From: Candidatus Thorarchaeota archaeon | GTDB lineage: Archaea; Asgardarchaeota; Thorarchaeia; Thorarchaeales; Thorarchaeaceae | Assembly (NCBI GenBank): GCA_048882325.1 | Contig: JBHLRS010000051.1 | Location: 1 to 19,269, forward strand | Direction of reading: 5' to 3' | Length of the DNA stretch: 19,269 bases | Shown: positions 16,541 through 19,269 of the stretch, piece after piece | Numbering within the stretch: the first letter of the stretch is position 1 | Layout: each line of letters starts with the position of its first letter | The notes under the pieces: generated by a model | What the model was told of the DNA's origin: nothing | The model's input: the letters and a program-made list of their open reading frames with translations, nothing else | Database searches by the model: none | Translations under genes and position numbers: made by a program

Positions 16541-16933
16541 TCACACGTCGAAAATTGAAACTGATGTCTCCAAATTTTTTGCAGCCTGAATACACTCTCG
16601 TAAGATACCTTCTTTGTCAACATCCATCCGCGTGAAGACTGACACAAACCAAACTCCTTTCCCCGTGCCGCAGATCAAACTGACTGCACCATCTGGATTG
16701 ATAGCAACAAATCCTTGCTCTGTTGCTAGCGCTCTAAGGAATGCTATATTCTTCAAGAAGAAACTCTGGATTTGGCCATTCCATGCCTGGATTATGGTCC
16801 CTATTTCAGCAGCTATATTCATGTTCTCGCTAGCATATGCTACCTTTCCTTCATATGTAAAGACACAGAAACCAGTAATTTCTGTATAATTACTCATTGC
16901 GATATCAATTGTACGTTTGATTCTCATAACCAT
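16541..16933 (-). CDS. Profilin-like protein (divergent Asgard-type profilin), ~128-130 aa
   Basis: MVMRIKRTIDIAMSNYTEITGFCVFTYEGKVAYASENMNIAAEIGTIIQAWNGQIQSFFLKNIAFLRALATEQGFVAINPDGAVSLICGTGKGVWFVSVFTRMDVDKEGILRECIQAAKNL. The order of elements and size fit profilin: N-helix, I.G..V...G.V.Y.SEN, helix ending AW, beta strands, T...FVA.N..G, and a C-helix. Recognised from memory of Asgard profilins. Start is ATG 16933 or 16927. Confidence 0.72.
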   Translation of the reverse strand: MVMRIKRTIDIAMSNYTEITGFCVFTYEGKVAYASENMNIAAEIGTIIQAWNGQIQSFFLKNIAFLRALATEQGFVAINPDGAVSLICGTGKGVWFVSVFTRMDVDKEGILRECIQAAKNLETSVSIFDV

Positions 16934-17024
16934 GGTATATTCAAGGTGTTCACATGACTTCTTCAAAAATAGATTCCTTGAATGTAGTATGAAAAGGTTG
17001 ATGAGATTTCCAACCCAGTGATAT

Positions 17025-17216
17025 TTGATCTTGAAGAATAGGAAAGAGAAAGGGCGAGCAAAAAGACGAAAGAAGTCACCCATTGGACACACAATTCCAG
17101 CAAGATATCGAACACATCCAATGATGCTCACCCGCTGGATGACAGATATAGACAACTACGCAAGAAAGAAGAAACGGAAAAAGACTCCACGAGCCTTAAG
17201 ACATCCCCACAACTAA
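17025..17216 (+). CDS. Small highly basic protein (63 aa), unknown function
   Basis: It fills the gap between profilin and the convergent membrane gene, and its stop overlaps that gene's stop. TTG start after GTGAT; 22/63 residues are K or R. Confidence 0.5.
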   Translation: MILKNRKEKGRAKRRKKSPIGHTIPARYRTHPMMLTRWMTDIDNYARKKKRKKTPRALRHPHN

Positions 17217-17815
17217 CCAACGCCGCTAGCAATGCTCATGGCTTTTGCTAAGAGTAGCGTTCTGTGGTGTAACTCATCATTACTGACGTTAGCTACAAAA
17301 CGACCTTCCTTAAGGGCAAAGCCGTGACGCAATGCCACATCCTTAAGGTTTCCATTCTTTAGCTCCGATGACACAAGCCTAAAGGAAAACCAATCTTCAG
17401 TTCCTTTTTCTTGGACATAACAACTGATGTTGAACGAGAGTCCATTTTCGAGAGTCACTTTGAATCTCTTGCCAATTGATTGCTTGATTGTCACATTTGG
17501 ACCGAGAATTCCTCGAAGGACAGAGGTAGTGAACAATGAAGCTGGACCAGGGAGGAAGGCCCATGACCAGAAACGAAAGGCGATGATCATCAAAGCTACT
17601 GCAGTTATGAGGCCTATATTATTGAAAGCCGCGACAACCCGCAAGCTTTGAGTCCAACCTGTCCCTGATGTAAATTCACCAAGTCCTGCAATTCCAGTTG
17701 TGTAATAGACAAAGAAGGTGATTGAAAACACTATAATGAAGGCTGAAAGGGCAATCCTAATTCTGTCTTTATAGAGTGCCTTTGCTTCAAGTAGGAGTTC
17801 GTTCTCCACTTTCAC
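17213..17815 (-). CDS. Hypothetical membrane protein (2 N-terminal TM plus soluble alpha/beta C-terminal domain)
   Basis: 200-aa ORF with hydrophobic IALSAFIIVFSITFFVYY and IGLITAVALMIIAFRFWSW. The GTG start overlaps the wHTH stop (GTGA), suggesting translational coupling. Confidence 0.75.
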   Translation of the reverse strand: MKVENELLLEAKALYKDRIRIALSAFIIVFSITFFVYYTTGIAGLGEFTSGTGWTQSLRVVAAFNNIGLITAVALMIIAFRFWSWAFLPGPASLFTTSVLRGILGPNVTIKQSIGKRFKVTLENGLSFNISCYVQEKGTEDWFSFRLVSSELKNGNLKDVALRHGFALKEGRFVANVSNDELHHRTLLLAKAMSIASGVG

Positions 17816-18189
17816 TCTTCCTCCAGTGCTTTCATGTAAATCTCACGAGAGTGTTTCCCATGAACCTTGCAGAGATCCACCAGGATATTGAGCAACGGAT
17901 GCTCATTATTTATTCGGATTGCGTAAAGCTTCGGTGTGAGCTGGTCAATCTGAATCATTTCATTCTCTTTCAGGTGGGATATCACGCCTCTGTACAGACT
18001 TCTTGACTTTCCACTATAGCCGATCAAGCGGCTCAATTGAACACCACTAACGCTTCGAGGGTAGATGTGGGCCAGTGCAAGAAGAATTGCTCTTCTTGTA
18101 TCATTCAGTGATGACATTAACTGGATTAATTCATACACTGATGCGTCATTGGTGTCAATCTCCACTTTCCACCGACCTACTATTACCAT
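17812..18189 (-). CDS. Winged helix-turn-helix putative transcriptional regulator
   Basis: LNDTRRAILLALAHIYPRSVSGVQLSRLIGYS...LYRGVISHLKENEMIQID....Y.IRIN shows an ArsR/TrmB/MarR-like wHTH pattern. Exact family and start (ATG 18189 or an internal GTG) are uncertain. Confidence 0.75.
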   Translation of the reverse strand: MVIVGRWKVEIDTNDASVYELIQLMSSLNDTRRAILLALAHIYPRSVSGVQLSRLIGYSGKSRSLYRGVISHLKENEMIQIDQLTPKLYAIRINNEHPLLNILVDLCKVHGKHSREIYMKALEEE

Positions 18190-18342
18190 TGTTGTGTTCA
18201 GGAAAACACATAATATTATGGCTTCGAAAGTTTCTCTCTCAAAGCCCTACGATAATGTCGGTAGTACACCACCTATATCTCTCTTACTGATTCTACTTTA
18301 CTGATTTTAGCGATTTATGGAAGGGAAACATCCGCCAAAGTG

Positions 18343-18394
18343 TTAATAATAAAAATTCAAGAGAAGTGTACTAGAACCTAACTAGTTAGGAGGT
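18343..18394 (+). promoter_or_regulatory. TATA-like box (TTAATAA), 14-bp palindrome CCTAACTAGTTAGG and SD GGAGGT for the rightward operon
   Basis: TTAATAA at 18343-18349, preceded by the purine-rich GCCAAAG; perfect palindrome at 18377-18390; GGAGGT at 18389-18394. Confidence 0.5.
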
Positions 18395-18401
18395 AAATGC
18401 T

Positions 18402-18989
18402 ATTTCATCATTTTCCAGCAAATACTTCGGTTGGCTCATTGCTCTAGTAATTGTCCTCGCTGGAAGTTGGTTCCTTTTGCCAGATGGTTATGAATCTTTG
18501 ATTGCCATCTTCGCGCCTCAGTTTGGTAATTACTTGAGGCCGACAGTCGTCTTGGTTAACCTCTTACTCGTCAATCCGATGAGTAATTTCACCATGATAG
18601 CGGTCTGGGCTGGAGCTGGCTTTGTGGGAGGAATGATGGCTGGAACTAAGAAGGGCGCCTTTGTTGTCGGTTTGATGACCTGGCTCTCTTGCTTTGTTCT
18701 CATAGCCCTGTGTATCTACCTGATTATACAGGGTGGTATAGCATTAGGGTCATTTGTCATTCCCCCAGGATCATCACTCGTTGATATTCTTGGGATTCCA
18801 ATATTTCAAGACCTAATTGACCAAGTGCTACCACTTATTTCAGGAGTTTTCGGCGGCGGTGGTGCATTTGACCCGACCTCACTGATGACACTTCTTCTGC
18901 CTTTCTTATTGTGGATACTGACACCAGCTGTTGTGGTCATAGTAGCTGCGATTGTTGGAGCAGTAGTCAGGCCAAAGGAGGACTTCTAG
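18402..18989 (+). CDS. Hypothetical multi-pass membrane protein (~195 aa); probable ATT start at 18402, or a 1-nt frameshift after ATG 18397
   Basis: The frame of the track ORF (18477) extends upstream through a clear TM helix (SSFSSKYFGWLIALVIVLAGSWFLL) to TAG 18387, with no ATG/GTG/TTG. ATT lies 7 nt after GGAGGT. The ATG at 18397 is out of frame and stops after 16 codons. Confidence 0.75.
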   Translation: MSSFSSKYFGWLIALVIVLAGSWFLLPDGYESLIAIFAPQFGNYLRPTVVLVNLLLVNPMSNFTMIAVWAGAGFVGGMMAGTKKGAFVVGLMTWLSCFVLIALCIYLIIQGGIALGSFVIPPGSSLVDILGIPIFQDLIDQVLPLISGVFGGGGAFDPTSLMTLLLPFLLWILTPAVVVIVAAIVGAVVRPKEDF

Positions 18990-18990
18990 A

Positions 18991-19269
18991 ATGAAACTAA
19001 ATAAAAAGCACGCAATCGTCATACTAGCGATAGGATTCCTATTCTCTATACCAGCTGTAGCTGCATACAACACTGGTTCCGTTGTTCTTGCTCAAGATTT
19101 CAATGAGGACTTCATTTTTGATCTGATTAACAATGGTGCGGAAGTTGTCTTCACAGCAATTGACGAGCAAGGAGCACCTGCAGTTGTATATGGGCAATTA
19201 GGAGTTCCGGATCAACAACTTGCCTTGGACGACCCCATGTACGAAGGATGCATTGTGATGGCACTCATC
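18991..19269 (+). CDS. Secreted or surface protein with signal peptide (partial, runs off the window)
   Basis: MKLNKKHAIVILAIGFLFSIPAVAA|YNTGSVVLAQDFNEDFIFDL... has a basic n-region, a hydrophobic h-region and a small-x-Ala (VAA) cleavage site. It is open for 93 codons to the window end. GGAGG is upstream, and it starts 1 nt after the previous stop. Confidence 0.8.
   Translation, partial: MKLNKKHAIVILAIGFLFSIPAVAAYNTGSVVLAQDFNEDFIFDLINNGAEVVFTAIDEQGAPAVVYGQLGVPDQQLALDDPMYEGCIVMALI

Noticed and set aside
4354-16957. Numerous short track ORFs nested in or antisense to the called genes (e.g. 4386-4673, 5736-5921, 8653-9027, 10141-10455, 13561-13842, 16614-16889)
   Set aside because: They lie almost entirely within well-supported genes and show no independent motifs or translation signals.
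16934-17155. N-terminal 74 aa of the 204-aa track ORF 16541-17155
   Set aside because: The profilin-like fold begins at ATG 16933/16927. The extension overlaps the opposite-strand basic ORF and the probable promoter region.
17025-17216. Ribosomal protein L39e/S30e/L41e assignment for the basic ORF
   Set aside because: The similarity is only compositional. The signature motifs (L39e P.WV..KT...RRHWRR; S30e HGSL..AGKV) are absent.
1-19269. CRISPR arrays, transposases/IS ends, integrases, tRNA/rRNA genes, known defence systems
   Set aside because: No regularly spaced repeats, terminal inverted repeats, recombinase motifs, cloverleaf or rRNA signatures were seen by eye.

Overview
Gene-dense archaeal chromosomal window, most likely from an Asgard archaeon (possibly Thorarchaeia). 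That inference rests on a profilin-like gene, a PCI/DDRGK-like winged-helix membrane protein, archaeal TATA boxes and GGAGGT/GGTGA ribosome-binding sites. From left to right it holds: a large TPR protein running off the left edge (missed by the ORF track, with an internal 126-aa-period repeat); a stand-alone WGR-domain protein; an N-acyl-D-amino-acid deacylase; a Nudix hydrolase; an Eis-like GNAT acetyltransferase; a four-gene BMP/Nup-type nucleoside ABC transporter; a winged-helix plus 2-TM protein; a C_GCAxxG_C_C protein; an LLM oxidoreductase; a UMF1/Atg22-like MFS transporter; a SnoaL-like protein; an alpha/beta hydrolase; membrane proteins; a divergent profilin; a small, very basic ORF; a wHTH regulator; and a secreted protein running off the right edge. 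The main observations are two genes whose conserved N-termini have no ATG/GTG/TTG but carry an ATC or ATT codon 6-7 nt after a perfect GGAGGT Shine-Dalgarno (candidate non-AUG initiation), a structured, possibly switchable leader in front of the ABC ATPase, and two candidate eukaryotic-signature proteins. No rRNA, tRNA, CRISPR array or mobile element was recognised. All family assignments come from motif recognition by eye, not from database searches.
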